From the NCBI GenBank assembly GCA_009602735.1, contig WELA01001243.1, forward strand, positions 124,445 to 188,444: a DNA stretch of 64,000 nucleotides, written 5' to 3'. Position 1 is the stretch's first letter. Every line of letters begins with the position of its first letter. Made by a program: the position numbers and the translations under genes. The notes under the pieces were generated by a model. It was not told where the DNA came from and made no database searches. It saw only the letters and a program-made list of their open reading frames with translations. The stretch is from Mesotaenium endlicherianum. Lineage: Eukaryota. Shown one piece after another: positions 24,968 to 36,900 of the stretch.

Positions 24968-26686
24968 CACATTTATAGACCTCAACATAATAGCTCAATC
25001 GACGCGTAAGAAGGTAAGAAAACGTACAATCAGTGAAGGCAACCTTGCAACACTTTGCAATCCGGTTCCGTGTGTCTCCTGCAAAGTTATGTGTATGTTT
25101 TACTCAACAGCTTCTATTTGCTCAATGTTCTCATATCTTGCGCAATTCTATCCACATATTCATGCAACCTGCACAAGCTTGCAACGCTATATCAAATGAT
25201 TTCCCTAACTTCATGTACTTCCACATATTCAGGTTTAATACGGCTATGGATGAGTACAGCGATGCATTCTTCAAGCCTCTTTCCGTCACCGACTTGCAAC
25301 AGGTGGGTTCCTTGTTCGCTTTACACCCATACTTCAGACTTTGCTGTGTGCTAATATGCTTTTTGGTACTTCTCTAAGTTTGTGTTTGTTGGCCTTTGGT
25401 GTCCTCACATTGCAGATCTTTTGTGGAATAGATGGTACCTTCCTGCCGGTCAATGCTGCTGTATTTAAACAGTATATTGGATAGATATAATATTCATTTA
25501 GATATAATAGTTATATAAGTTCAGCGCGCTGAACTTTAATTAATATTACTTCTGCTGGATAATTGATACTTAGTTAAATGACTCTGCCGGGAGCAGCAGG
25601 CTGAAGTCCATTAGATCAGCCTGTTGACTTGGATCAGCTTGCTGACACATTCTTCGACAGTCAGTTGGCTGCCGTACTTGGCAGCAGCGAACTGCTGTCG
25701 TGCCTAACAGTGTCGGTCCCTCGGCACGTGCGTGGCCTTTCAGCACGTGTGCCTTCGACCTGGTCGATGTGTCGGTGGCCCTCCTCACGTGCGGGCAAAC
25801 ATGGTCAATCGATCTTTGCAAGTGTGTCGGTGACAAGCCTTACCAGGGTTAACCCATCCCTGGGCTCCTGAACTTGCACCATGCAACCAAGACCAACTCT
25901 CGGGACTTTGTTCTACTTTACTCAGCCCTCACCATCTGCTTTATCTTAAGCCTTAGCAGAAAATTTGAAAATACTTGCCTTTGCCTTAATTTGTAATGAA
26001 TCAGTATATTAGTCGATATAAAATTCCTTTAAATATAATAGTTAATTAAGTGCAGCCTGCTGAACTTTAGTTAATAGTCAGTCTGCTGGACTTTACATAA
26101 TTATCAGTTTGCTGACTCAGTCGAAAGCAGCAGGCTGAAAGTCCATATAAGTCAGCTTGCTTCCGTACTCGGTAGCAGCGAATTGCCTTGATATGCATCT
26201 AAGTGCGATATGCTAGATGAATAGCCAGATGACATCCCTATGATGGATGGCTATTCGGGATGATGGGAGATGGCAGTGGATTTGGTTAACCGAGGTCCTA
26301 CCAACGTGGTTAACTCCCGGGTAGGCGGTGCCATCGCACTGACCGTTGAACAGTAAACTCATTCCATGTACATACGCTAGGCATTGCTCTCGAGTTCGGC
26401 ATTCGGAAACGAGGCCAACTCTCTTGTACAGCTTACTGAGAGAGATCTGAATCCAAGGCGAGAAGCCATTGATACGCACTGTCTTCTAACCTTGCTTATG
26501 TATGAGTTTACTGATTTGCATTATTGATGCTAGTTTACTCGCATTTGACTTACGAGTATTATTCACTGCTAGTGTGTTGTCCTTTGCCGTTTAACCAGTT
26601 AACGGAAAATACCATAAAGATTACTTGCTGATATAAAGATCTTTATTAATTGTTAATCGCCTATTTGGTAAGTCGATTCATTTCAG

Positions 26687-26698
26687 TGGTATCGGAGC
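26687..26698 (+). promoter_or_regulatory. Primer binding site, initiator tRNA-Met type
   Basis: TGGTATCGGAGC, 1 nt after the LTR; differs by one base from the usual plant iMet PBS TGGTATCAGAGC. Confidence 0.9.
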
Positions 26699-26719
26699 AG
26701 TTATCACAGGTATCTTTGT

Positions 26720-28199
26720 ATGGTAAGGACAAGGTCTCAAACTAGCAACTCCCGAGACATGGAGAACCAGGATAACGAGAATGTCAAAAACCAGGCGGAA
26801 AGCCATGTAGCGGGAACCCGTACCTATTCTGAAGCAGTGGCAGATACTGCAGCTAGGGAGGCTGCAGATGAGGCAGCTGCTATTGCCGCAGTCGCAGCAC
26901 AGCAAGCTGAGGAGGAGAGAGCCAGATTAGAAGCTGAACAATTAGCAAAGGCCGCTGAAGATACAGAAAGGAGGGAAGGACAGCCAGCTGACGAGCGCAC
27001 TGTTGAAGAACTTATGGCATCAAGGGCCAATGTTCTGAAACCACCTCCTGCCGTACAACTCAATGTACCCCTAGGCTAAATACGTGACCGGCTGAATGCG
27101 GCAGGAATTGCTGCTGCAGGAGCAAGAGGGATTGTTGAGGACACTACTCAGCGAGTAGATGCCAATGCTGCTGCTGCATTTGCTAATCTACCACCCCAGA
27201 GTGTAGACTTGGGAGCATTGTTCGTTCAGATGCAGTCGCAAATGGCGACCATGTATCAGTCCCAGCAGGAGGACAAAAGAATCATAATGTCCCTACTCCG
27301 GGACAGAGACCAACTGGGGTCTCACATCACTAGTGGTGGTGGCCGAGGGCCTAGTAAGCCCAAGCCAAAACCTCCCCAGGACTATGATCCTGAGGGAAAC
27401 AGGAAAATATTACCTGATCAAGTTTCTCGCGGATGTTGAGCAGTGGCTGGAGAACTACCCAGAACTGCAAGATTACGAGAAGGTCAGGCACACCGGTGCG
27501 CTACTGAAAGGCAGTGCCGCAGACTGGTGGCTTTACTGGAAGGAAGAGCGTAAGGCTCGGCAACTCGGTGACCCTACGTGGGTAGAGTTTGTCGAGAAGT
27601 TGCATGAGAAGTTTGATGTCATCAACCAGCAGGAGAAAGCTATCTATGCGATGATCTCCCTGACACTGAAGCAGACCACTTCAGTTGCTGAGTTTGCTCA
27701 AAAGTTCCAAGAGAACATGATGAAGCAGCCTGATTTGCCAGAACGGTATAGGATAGCATACTTCAGGTATGGCTTGAAATCCGAGGTCTCTGGTCATTTT
27801 GCTGAGAAAAAGTATGAGAAACTGGCTGACTTGATCCAGGATGCTGACGCCTGGGATCAGCAGCAGTTCAATCACAAGCGCCAGAGTAACGCTTTGGTGT
27901 CTAAGATTGTCAAAAAGCCCCACGGTTCCTACAATGCAGTTGAAGGAGACCAGGCTGAGGATAATCAGGGTGATGAATATGAGTATGAGTACAATGCTAT
28001 TCAGTCTAGAGGTAGAGGTGGTCCCTCTCGAGGTGGCTATGGAAGGGGTGGTGGTAGGACTAAGCCGAGACCAGCCTCAGCAAAATCTACTTGCTACCAT
28101 TGTCAGCAGAAAGGCCACTACAGAGAACAGTGTCCGGTCAAGCACCTGCCTAAGGTCGAGAGAAAAGACCAGCCTTTAAAAGACAGCAACAGTCAGTAA
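26720..28199 (+). pseudogene. gag of family A (one premature stop, one frameshift)
   Basis: TAA at 27077 (CAA in the copy at ~36884); frameshift near 27400; LKGSAADWW capsid motif; knuckle CYHCQQKGHYREQC. Confidence 0.9.
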
Positions 28200-28216
28200 T
28201 CCAGTCTACTGACTGT
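28175..28216 (+). promoter_or_regulatory. -1 programmed ribosomal frameshift signal (gag to pol)
   Basis: Slippery heptamer T TTA AAA at 28175-28181 in gag phase; 7-nt spacer; perfect 10-bp stem ACAGTCAGTA/TACTGACTGT; the -1 frame is open into pol. Confidence 0.85.
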
Positions 28217-28267
28217 GAGGATGCTAGAGATAGTGAGTCGTCACTAGCTGCCCTCGTAGCAGGTATT

Positions 28268-31200
28268 ATGGGTCCTGCTGAACTGGATTCACTATGCATG
28301 CCTGACAAACAGATAAAGGAGACCATCAGTAATATAGACGTCCAGAGAGTGCACACTCTGGATGCTCTTGTTCCACCTGATGTCCAACATTTCTTTGCTA
28401 CGTCAGGAGAACAATGCGAAAGTCAGGAAAAGACAGTCCCCCCTATCCTACTGCATTGCATGATTGCAGGTAGGAAGGTGAGGGCATTTGTTGACGGAGG
28501 GGCGTCACATACTTTTATTCACAAGGACTTAGTTAAGCGGCTAAGGCTGCCTACTGTCACCCAAGGGAATAGAAAAATATTCCTTGGAGATGCCTCAAGT
28601 ATCCCGGGAGGAGTTATAACCAAGCCTATTGAGGTCCAGTTAGGTTCTGGCATTGCAGTTCTAACTGAAACGCTTACATTTGAGGTACTCAACACTGGCT
28701 TTTATGATCTCGTGCTAGGCAGGTCCTGGCTTAATAGACATCAAGCTGAAGTGTGTTGGAGCAGAGGTACAGTTAAAGTGAGAGGAGCCAGTGATGGGCA
28801 GACTGACTTGGCACCCACCAGTGCTCTTCCTCTTGTCCTGTGTGGATGGCAAATGAAGGAAAAGAAGAGGCTTCCAGAAGGATGCAAGTTGCTGAATGCA
28901 ATGGAGTTCGTCAAAAGCTGGAACCAGAAGGAAGACAGAATGTTCTGTCTGCTGCTAAGAGAGGTACCTCCTCAACCTGAAGAAGTGGTTGAGAAAAAGG
29001 TAAGCCCTCCGGAGCACCCTACTGCTGCAAAAATTGTTGCTCAGTACACTGATGTGTTTAACATGCCTCCAGGACTACCCCCTAAAAGGGAAGTAGATCA
29101 TAGGATTGATCTATTACCTGGTAGCCAGCCACCCTGGCAACGCACTTATGGCTTGTCTTATTTGGAGAGCGAGGAGTTGAAAACACAGATTGCAGAGCTG
29201 GAGGAAAATGGTTACATTTCTCCCAGTAAATCACCGTACGGCGCACCTATCCTATTTGTTAAGAAAAAGGATGGCAGTATGCGGATGTGTGTGGATTACA
29301 GAGCCCTGAACAGAATTACAGTAAAGAACAAGTATGCTTTACCCAGAATCGAGGACTTGCTTGATACCCTGTCTGGCGCTAAGGTGTTCAGTAAGATAGA
29401 TCTCAAGAGTGGTTATCATCAAATCAGAATTGCTGAGGGGGATGAACACAAGACTGCTTTCCGCACACGTTATGGACACTATGAGTTCAACGTGATGCCA
29501 TTTGGACTGACTAATGCTCCTGCTACCTTTATGGGTGCTATGAATGACATTTTCAGACCTTATTTGGATAAGTTTGTGCAAGTTTTCCTGGATGATATTT
29601 TAATTTTCTCTAAAGATGAAGCTCAGCACACTGAACACTTAAAGAAAGTGCTGGACACTCTGCGGAAAAATCACTTGTATGCTAAAATGAGCAAGTGTGA
29701 TTTCTTTAAGGAAAGTATTGAATTCTTAGGCCACGTTGTCAGTAAAGAGGGCATCAGTGTGGATCCTAAGAAAGTCCAGACCATAAGGGACTGGCCAGTA
29801 CCACAGTCTGTCTCTGAAGTTAGATCCTTCCTCGGGTTGGCTAACTACTATAGGAGATTTATTGAGAATTATTCCACAAAGGCCAGTAAACTGACTGACC
29901 TTACTAAGAAAGACATCGGGTATGTGTGGGGGGAAGAGCAGCAGGCTGCCTTCCAGACCCTTAAAGATGCCCTTTGTTCTGCCCCAGTGCTAGCCGTGTA
30001 TGACCCCAGCAAACCGGTGCAGGTGGTTACTGATGCCTCTGATTTTGCCATGGGTGCTATTTTGTTGCAGCCTGCTGACAAAACCACAAAGGATGGTAAG
30101 GTACGGCAGGAGTGGCATCCTGTGTTGTATGAGTCTATGAAATTTAATCCAGCGGAGATTAATTACTCAGTGCATGATAAAGAGCTGCTAGCTATCATTC
30201 ATGTACTCAAACAGTGGAGAGCATACTTACATGGTAAAGCTTTTAAGGTGATTACAGATCATCTAGCTCTGACCCACTTTCAGAAGAAGTCCAAGCTGTC
30301 GAGGAGGGAGAACCGCTGGAGCCAGATGCTGGAGCAGTTCCAAGTCCAGATCGACTACAAACCAGGGAAGTTGAATCCTGCTGATGCACTCTCTAGAAGA
30401 CCTGACTTGCAAGAAAGGAACTTTAGTCAGCATGCTGTAGATAAAGTCCTGTGTGCACTCACTTCACTAAAGGTGAAAAAGTCCTTCCTTGAACAACTTA
30501 GGAAAGCCTACCTTTCTGACCCAACATTTGAGCCCAGCCCCACTACTGGTGTGTGTCGTGCTACTGCACTCGGGTATAAGCTCAAGGGAGGGGTCTGGGT
30601 GACTGAAACCACTTCAGGCAGGCTGAAGCTGGTCATTCCTAATAATTTGGAAATAAGGTCTCTCTTACTGAGTCAAGCTCATGACAGTCTCCTGGGTGGA
30701 CATTTGGGGCAGGCCAAAACTGTTGGCAAACTGGCAAAACATTATCATTGGGAGGGGTTACCCCGGGAGGTCTTGAAATATGTCAAGTCCTGTGACCAGT
30801 GTCAGAGAAATAAGTCTCGGCACACACCACCCGGAGGTCTCTTGCAACCGCTACCCATCCCAGCGGGACGCTGGGAAACTATATCCATGGACTGGGTGGT
30901 CTCACTACCAAGAACTGCCAACGGGCATGATTCAATACTGGTAGTCGTGGATAAACTGACAAAAATGGTCATTTTTATCCCCACAACTGTCAAAGTGACT
31001 GCACTCGAAACAGCGAGACAGTTTTACAACCATGTAGTATGCCAACATGGGCTCCCTTCTAATATCATCTCAGACAGAGACTCAAAATTCACCTCTAAGT
31101 TCTGGAGAGCTTTAATGGGGTTAATGGGAGTCAAACAGCTGCTCAGCACAGCAAACCACCCTCAGACTGATGGGCAGACTGAAAGAACTAACCGAGTTCT

Positions 31201-31984
31201 GCAGGAGGTGCTGAGAGCATATATTAACCAAAAACAAGATAATTGGGATGACCTGTTGCCTCAAATTCAGTTTGCGGTCAACAGTGCGGTGCACGCGTCA
31301 ACGGGCAAAACTCCTTTTGAACTCAGCCTGGGTAGAGTCCCTAAGTCTCCTCTAGATGTGCTAGGGGAATCTTTAACTCACCCTGAAGGGATTGACAACC
31401 CGGTCTCCCTCCAGTTAACTCAGGAGTTTGCTGACACCCTGTCAGAAGTCCAACGAAACTTGCACACGGCCCAAGAAAACCAACAAAAATACGCTAATCA
31501 ACACCGTCGGGAACTGACATTTTCCAAGGGGGATTTAGTCAAACTGCATTCTCAGCACCTGTACCTCCCTGGTGTGGTCAAGAAAAAGCTTGGCCCTGTC
31601 TGGGTCGGTCCATATTCGGTGGTCCGTCGTGTCGGTCAGAATGCTTACAAACTGAACATGTCAGCTGAATACAAGGGGCACCCGGTCTTTAATGTCTCCT
31701 TCCTGGAACCGTACATCAAAGGTGATACACTGTTCACAGGTCGGTTCCCTGTCCAACCGGGACCGGTCCCCGCTGTCCGGGACGGCGACCCTGAGGAATA
31801 TGAGGTCGATGAGATTTTAGACGCTCGCTCGGTCCGTCGATCGTCTAAATATGTCATGAAATACCTCATTCGATGGAAGGGTTACGATGCCTCTGGGGAC
31901 ACTTGGGAGTTTAAGGACCACTTGACCAATGCCAAAGGGGCGTTGACACGGTTCCACCTTCGGGCCGCTGGAGTCCCTCCATAA
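28268..31984 (+). CDS. pol polyprotein: protease, RT, RNase H, integrase, chromodomain
   Basis: [46 protein letters not shown]-terminal YEVDEILD...YLIRWKGY...DTWE chromodomain; uninterrupted 1238 aa. Confidence 0.97.
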   Translation: MGPAELDSLCMPDKQIKETISNIDVQRVHTLDALVPPDVQHFFATSGEQCESQEKTVPPILLHCMIAGRKVRAFVDGGASHTFIHKDLVKRLRLPTVTQGNRKIFLGDASSIPGGVITKPIEVQLGSGIAVLTETLTFEVLNTGFYDLVLGRSWLNRHQAEVCWSRGTVKVRGASDGQTDLAPTSALPLVLCGWQMKEKKRLPEGCKLLNAMEFVKSWNQKEDRMFCLLLREVPPQPEEVVEKKVSPPEHPTAAKIVAQYTDVFNMPPGLPPKREVDHRIDLLPGSQPPWQRTYGLSYLESEELKTQIAELEENGYISPSKSPYGAPILFVKKKDGSMRMCVDYRALNRITVKNKYALPRIEDLLDTLSGAKVFSKIDLKSGYHQIRIAEGDEHKTAFRTRYGHYEFNVMPFGLTNAPATFMGAMNDIFRPYLDKFVQVFLDDILIFSKDEAQHTEHLKKVLDTLRKNHLYAKMSKCDFFKESIEFLGHVVSKEGISVDPKKVQTIRDWPVPQSVSEVRSFLGLANYYRRFIENYSTKASKLTDLTKKDIGYVWGEEQQAAFQTLKDALCSAPVLAVYDPSKPVQVVTDASDFAMGAILLQPADKTTKDGKVRQEWHPVLYESMKFNPAEINYSVHDKELLAIIHVLKQWRAYLHGKAFKVITDHLALTHFQKKSKLSRRENRWSQMLEQFQVQIDYKPGKLNPADALSRRPDLQERNFSQHAVDKVLCALTSLKVKKSFLEQLRKAYLSDPTFEPSPTTGVCRATALGYKLKGGVWVTETTSGRLKLVIPNNLEIRSLLLSQAHDSLLGGHLGQAKTVGKLAKHYHWEGLPREVLKYVKSCDQCQRNKSRHTPPGGLLQPLPIPAGRWETISMDWVVSLPRTANGHDSILVVVDKLTKMVIFIPTTVKVTALETARQFYNHVVCQHGLPSNIISDRDSKFTSKFWRALMGLMGVKQLLSTANHPQTDGQTERTNRVLQEVLRAYINQKQDNWDDLLPQIQFAVNSAVHASTGKTPFELSLGRVPKSPLDVLGESLTHPEGIDNPVSLQLTQEFADTLSEVQRNLHTAQENQQKYANQHRRELTFSKGDLVKLHSQHLYLPGVVKKKLGPVWVGPYSVVRRVGQNAYKLNMSAEYKGHPVFNVSFLEPYIKGDTLFTGRFPVQPGPVPAVRDGDPEEYEVDEILDARSVRRSSKYVMKYLIRWKGYDASGDTWEFKDHLTNAKGALTRFHLRAAGVPP

Positions 31985-32251
31985 CTGTCATTTCAGTTGA
32001 CACGGGAAGGTGACAGGCGGTCCTGTCTCCATTTAAGTTGGAGGGGAAAATATATGACAGTTAGTGAGCGAGAGCGATAAAAACACACTCATACGTTTAT
32101 GTGTAGCGCATCGCAACTACGTCAACTTTTAGCAATCATCCTGTAAGGTAAACAGCAGCGAAGCCACTATACTAAATACTAACATACTTCCTGCAATCCC
32201 TATGACAAAGGTCCATATCCTACTAACTTGTGCCCTGGTTACATGTGCAGG

Positions 32252-33928
32252 ATGGCGCCCACCACACAAAAGGAGGACAGAAAGCGCAAGGCAGAAGAAG
32301 CCAGGAGGACAATGGAGCAATACCAGAAGGAGCTGGCGGCGACGTCCCTCACCAGGAGAGAACAAGAAAGGGTCCGCAAACAACAAGAGGCGGCAGAAGA
32401 GGCACAGAGGAAGAAGGATCAGGAAGCGGAAAACCTCAGGAAGGCTGAGGAGGAGAGACAGAAGAAACAGCAAGAAGAAGCGGCAGCGGCAGAAGAGGAG
32501 AAAAGAAAAAAGATTGAAGCGGACAGACAGAAGAGCTTGGCCACTTACAGGTATACTGTGGTGGGTGGCCAAAACTTCGATAACCTGAAGGAAGCATTGC
32601 TGGCAGCCCAGGAGATCAACAGGCTGGAACAGACAACACTGCTACAGAAGGAAGGAGCTACAGCACTGGACAGGTACATCGAGACACACACCGGCGTGGT
32701 CCTTTACGAAGATTATGCTAAGATGGTGGGCTATACAGCAGAGCAGGCCCGGTATCTCGCAGATGATTCAGAGGACAAGCCGGTCCCCATACCGGGAATA
32801 GTGGGAGATCAGAGACTCATCCGGATGGTGAGCATGCGGCCCGATAGCTTTACGGATACGGTATTCTACCTCACACTCTTGCCAGCTTACAATGAAGTTG
32901 AGAGAAGGAGCTGGGAGTACTTGGCCAGGGAAGCAGGACAGCAGATGTTCTCTCCCCACTGGTTCCCGTGTAAACTGAGGAAGGCTGAGCACGGACCCCA
33001 GTACTACCAGCAGCCAACAGACTGGAGGTGGATGACCGTCACAAATAAGAAGCAGGAGTGTGACCGAGCCCAACCGGATGACTTCCACTATGGCCTAGAC
33101 GGCTATCTCATCCTACCACCTCACATTGCCCCTTGGGACCCCAGGCTGAATGGATGCCTGAGCAATATGAATGCAGAGACCAAGGAACATAGGAGGAGGG
33201 GAAGAGACTACTTCTCTAAGGGAAAGCATGCCTTTGTCAAATGGGCAAAGAATGCAGGCCGGATAGATATCAGTAGGCTGAAGGCCAAGCAACCTCCAGC
33301 GCGCCCTAAGAAAGGGAGGTCGGTAGACTACTCCATGTCTACTAGGGAGCAGGACGACTTAGTGGACGAGACCCCTACTCTCTCCGAGGAGGAGGATGAG
33401 GAGGATGAGGAAGAAGAACAAGGCAGAGGAGAAGCATCAGCAGCAGGTACTCAGGATACCCAGGGACAGGCAGTGGCACTTCCTAAAGAACCACGATCAG
33501 GTGTGTGGAATGTGATCCCCGTTATGGCGACAACTGGACCCCGCGCTCGCTCCCCCAGCCCACCTGCCCAAGCAGGGGAAGAAGCTGATCTGACTGTACT
33601 GGGCAGCAGACACAGACAGAAATCCCCAGAGGACAGGGGTGCCAGAAGAGGGACACGCGGGTGGGCCAGAGGTATGCCAGCCTCCCCCTCCGCTCAGGGG
33701 CATGTACCTCTAGCCAATGTATTTCAGCATCCTACTTGAATGCCTGTCTATGTGGGAATCAACACCCAAGTGGTTGAAGAGCAGGCCACCATCCTCCGTT
33801 CTCCTCGAGGGCCAACTTTAGAGCAAACAGGGTTCTTTAGAAGGCCAGCTGACAGACCTAGAGGGCTGTCCAGATCTAGGTCCAGATCTCCGTCTCCTGA
33901 CCCTGAAGCCCCAGGAACAACCCCTTGA
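32252..33928 (+). CDS. Accessory ORF3 of family A, unknown function (in-frame TGA at 33737-33739 probably premature)
   Basis: ATG at 32252 directly after a CAG|G acceptor; charged coiled-coil-like N-terminus, aromatic-rich middle, acidic run, SRSRSRSPSP tail. The homologue at 41059-41601 reads through the stop position (QHPSVMPVYV vs QHPT*MPVYV). Confidence 0.8.
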
Positions 33929-36900
33929 GGTGACACGCTGACGAGACAGTCAGTAAGGGAGGCTGGTCAGGTTCAGTTCCCTTATTTAAAATTTCTGCAG
34001 TTTAATGTTGTCGAGGCGACAACAAGTTAAGTTGGAGAGATTGTAATGAATCAGTATATTAGTCGATATAATATTCATTTGAAAATAATAGTTAATTAAG
34101 TTCAGCCTGCTGAACTTTAGTTAATAGTCAGTCTGCTGGACTTTACATAATTATCTAAGTTTGCTGACTCAGTCGAAAGCAGCAGGCTGAAAGTCCATAT
34201 AAGTCAGCTTGCTTCCGTACTCGGTAGCTGCGAATTGCCTTGATATGCATCTAAGTGCGATATGCTAGATGAATAGCCAGATGACATCCCTATGATGGAT
34301 GGCTATTCGGGATGATGGGAGATGGCAGTGGATTTGGTTAACCGAGGTCCTACCAACGTGGTTAACTCCCGGGTAGGCGGTGCCATCGCACTGACCGTTG
34401 AACAGTAAACTCATTCCATGTACATACGCTAGGCATTGCTCTCGAGTTCGGCATTCGGAAACGAGGCCAACTCTCTTGTACAGCTTACTGAGAGAACTCT
34501 GAATCCAAGGCGAGAAGCCATTGATACGCACTGTCTTCCAACCTTGCTTATGTATGAGTTTACTGATTTGCATCATTGATGCTAGTTTACTCGCATTTGA
34601 CTTACGAGTATTATTCCCTGCTAGTGTATTGTCCTTTGCCGTTTAACTAGTTAACGGAAATACCATAAGATTACTTGCTGATATAAAGATCTTTATTAAT
34701 TATTAATCGCCTATTTGGTAAGTCGATTCATTTCATAATTCCTCTTACAAGGACGGAAGTCTCTTACTTCCACATAGGCTTTATGCCTTAAAGTTCTTGG
34801 GTTCACAGCCGAGCAAATTGTAGTTTGCAGAAATCACACTCTAAGCAGCTTGACATACAACGTCAGGTTCAGAGAAAATTGCCCTTCAGGTTTTCGCTTA
34901 ACTTTCACAAGTCACAGCTTACAAAACTCTGAAACTGCACGTCTATGCTGGCGTGGGTCAAGCTCTTCACTTAACCTCGTGCCTTAACAGCTCTTCACTG
35001 CCAGGCTGGGCTCACTCAGTTCTTCACTGAAAGCTTTATCTGTCAATACTACTCTCTCTCTTCGAGATGCGAATGCGACTTCTGAGAACCTGGAAACTAA
35101 CACACAACTCACCATTTTAAGGCTGCTTCACACACACTTGTGGCGTTCGACCGAATCTGTGCTAATCTCCTAGCAGATTCTATTCTGCAGTTCTCCTGTT
35201 GTCAACAGTGAGATTCCCTCTTGGGAACTCCTACAATCCTAACTTATCTACGATACACTGAGAAGAATCTTCAGCGTCGGCAGAAGCGTGGGGCCTCGGC
35301 CCTCCAATGGCCTTGGGAACTCCTTCTTCTTCGCGCCCTTCTTCTCCTTCCTTTTAATTCTTCTGCTTCTTGGCAAAAGTGCGTGAGAGTGAATGACATT
35401 TCTCAGGCAAGGTTCGTGCCTTTCGCAAGCACCACACAGCGTCATCCTTCGAGAATGCCGTGCTTAGTGACAAAGCTTAGCTGCATGTCGCTTCTGCCTA
35501 GCCATGCTCAACTCAAACTCGTAGTCACTTAGCATGCATGCACACCTCGTGACTGTCGCGCGTGGCTGCTTAGCTTCTCAGCTAGCAGTCACGCCTAATT
35601 GGCTCGTGGCTAAGAACTCCTGCACGGTGTGTACAAGCAGATTCCACTTGCTCAAGATTCCCACTCGGGCGGCCGTAATCTATCTTGGCATTGCGGCCAT
35701 GACCTAGCTTCATCTGCCAGTCACACAGTACTGGACTTGGTACCTGCTGGGCGGCTCATCTCTGATCCCCAGCTTCTAGTCTCACGGCTGTCTATGTTGT
35801 CAAAACCTCCTCCATTCTTGGGTGTGGGGCACATTGACATTGACCCTTTGCCAGTGGTCTCGATGCTGACATAACCGCTGACTGCGACGAAATCAGTCAA
35901 GTGGTCGGTGAGTCAACGTTGACTTTCCGTACCTGGGTGGCCGTAGCTTGCGCTGCGCGTGCGGCACCGTCAAACGGATAGTCGTCGCGACACTGCTGAG
36001 TCATGCATTTAAGTGTGGTGTGCTATATGAGTGGCCAGATGACACCCTTAAGGTGGATGGCGATTTGGGATGATGGGAGATGGTTGTGGTTGGTTAGCCA
36101 AGGTCCTACCAACGTGGTTAACTCTCAGGTAGGCGGTGCCATCGCACTTGCCGTTGAACAGTACACTCATTCCATGTACATATGCTAGGTATTGCTCTCG
36201 AGTTCAACATTCGGAAACGAGGCCAAGTCACTTGTACAGCTTACAGAGAGAGATCTGAATCGAAGGCGAGAAGCCATTGATATGCACTGTCTTCTAGCCT
36301 TGCTTATGTATGAGTTTACTAATTGCAATATTGATGCTAGTTTATCTGCATTTGACTTGCGAGTATTGTCTACTGCTAGTGTGTTGTCTTTCGCTGTTTA
36401 ATCAACAAACTGAAAATACCATAAAGATTACTTGCTGATATAAAGATCTTCATTAATTGTTAATCGCCTATTTGGTAAGTCCATTCATTTCAGTGGTATC
36501 GGAGCTGTTATCACAGTCTTCCTTGTATGGTAAGGACAAGGTCTCAAATTAGCAACTCCTGAAACATGGAGAACCAGGATAATAAGAATGTCGAAAATCA
36601 GGCTGAAAGCTATGTAGCGGGAACCCGCACCTATTTTGAGGCAGTGGCAGATACTGCAGCTAGAGAGGCTGCAGATGAGGCAGCTGTTATTGCTGCAGTC
36701 ACAGCACTGCAGGCTGAGGAGGAAAGAGTTGGACTGGAAGCCGAACGATTAGCAAAAGCTGCTGAAGATACAAAACGAAGGGAAGGACAGCCAGCGGACG
36801 AGCGCACTGTCGAAGAACGTATGGCAGCAAGGGCCAATGTTCTGAACCCACCTCCTGCAGTACAACTCAATGTGCCTCTAGGTCAAATTTGTGACCTGCT

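Larger units (their letters stand above)
25992..34735 (+). mobile_element. Near-intact Ty3/Gypsy chromovirus, family A, with extra 3' ORF
   Basis: 694-bp LTRs 25992-26685 and 34042-34735 (TG...CA, highly similar); perfect TSD TAATT; PBS; gag; pol; ORF3; purine tract GTTGGAGAGA before the 3' LTR. Confidence 0.97.
25696..35992. mobile_element. Solo LTR-like element, family D (~1.55 kb without the nested family A element)
   Basis: TGTCGTGCCTAAC...GTCGCGACA termini; CTGC duplicated at the flanks; parts 25696-25991 and 34741-35992 are collinear with 52094-53327 and 58947-59270. Confidence 0.75.

Noticed and set aside
32252..33928. env gene
   Set aside because: Position fits, but there is no signal peptide or transmembrane helix and the protein is highly charged.
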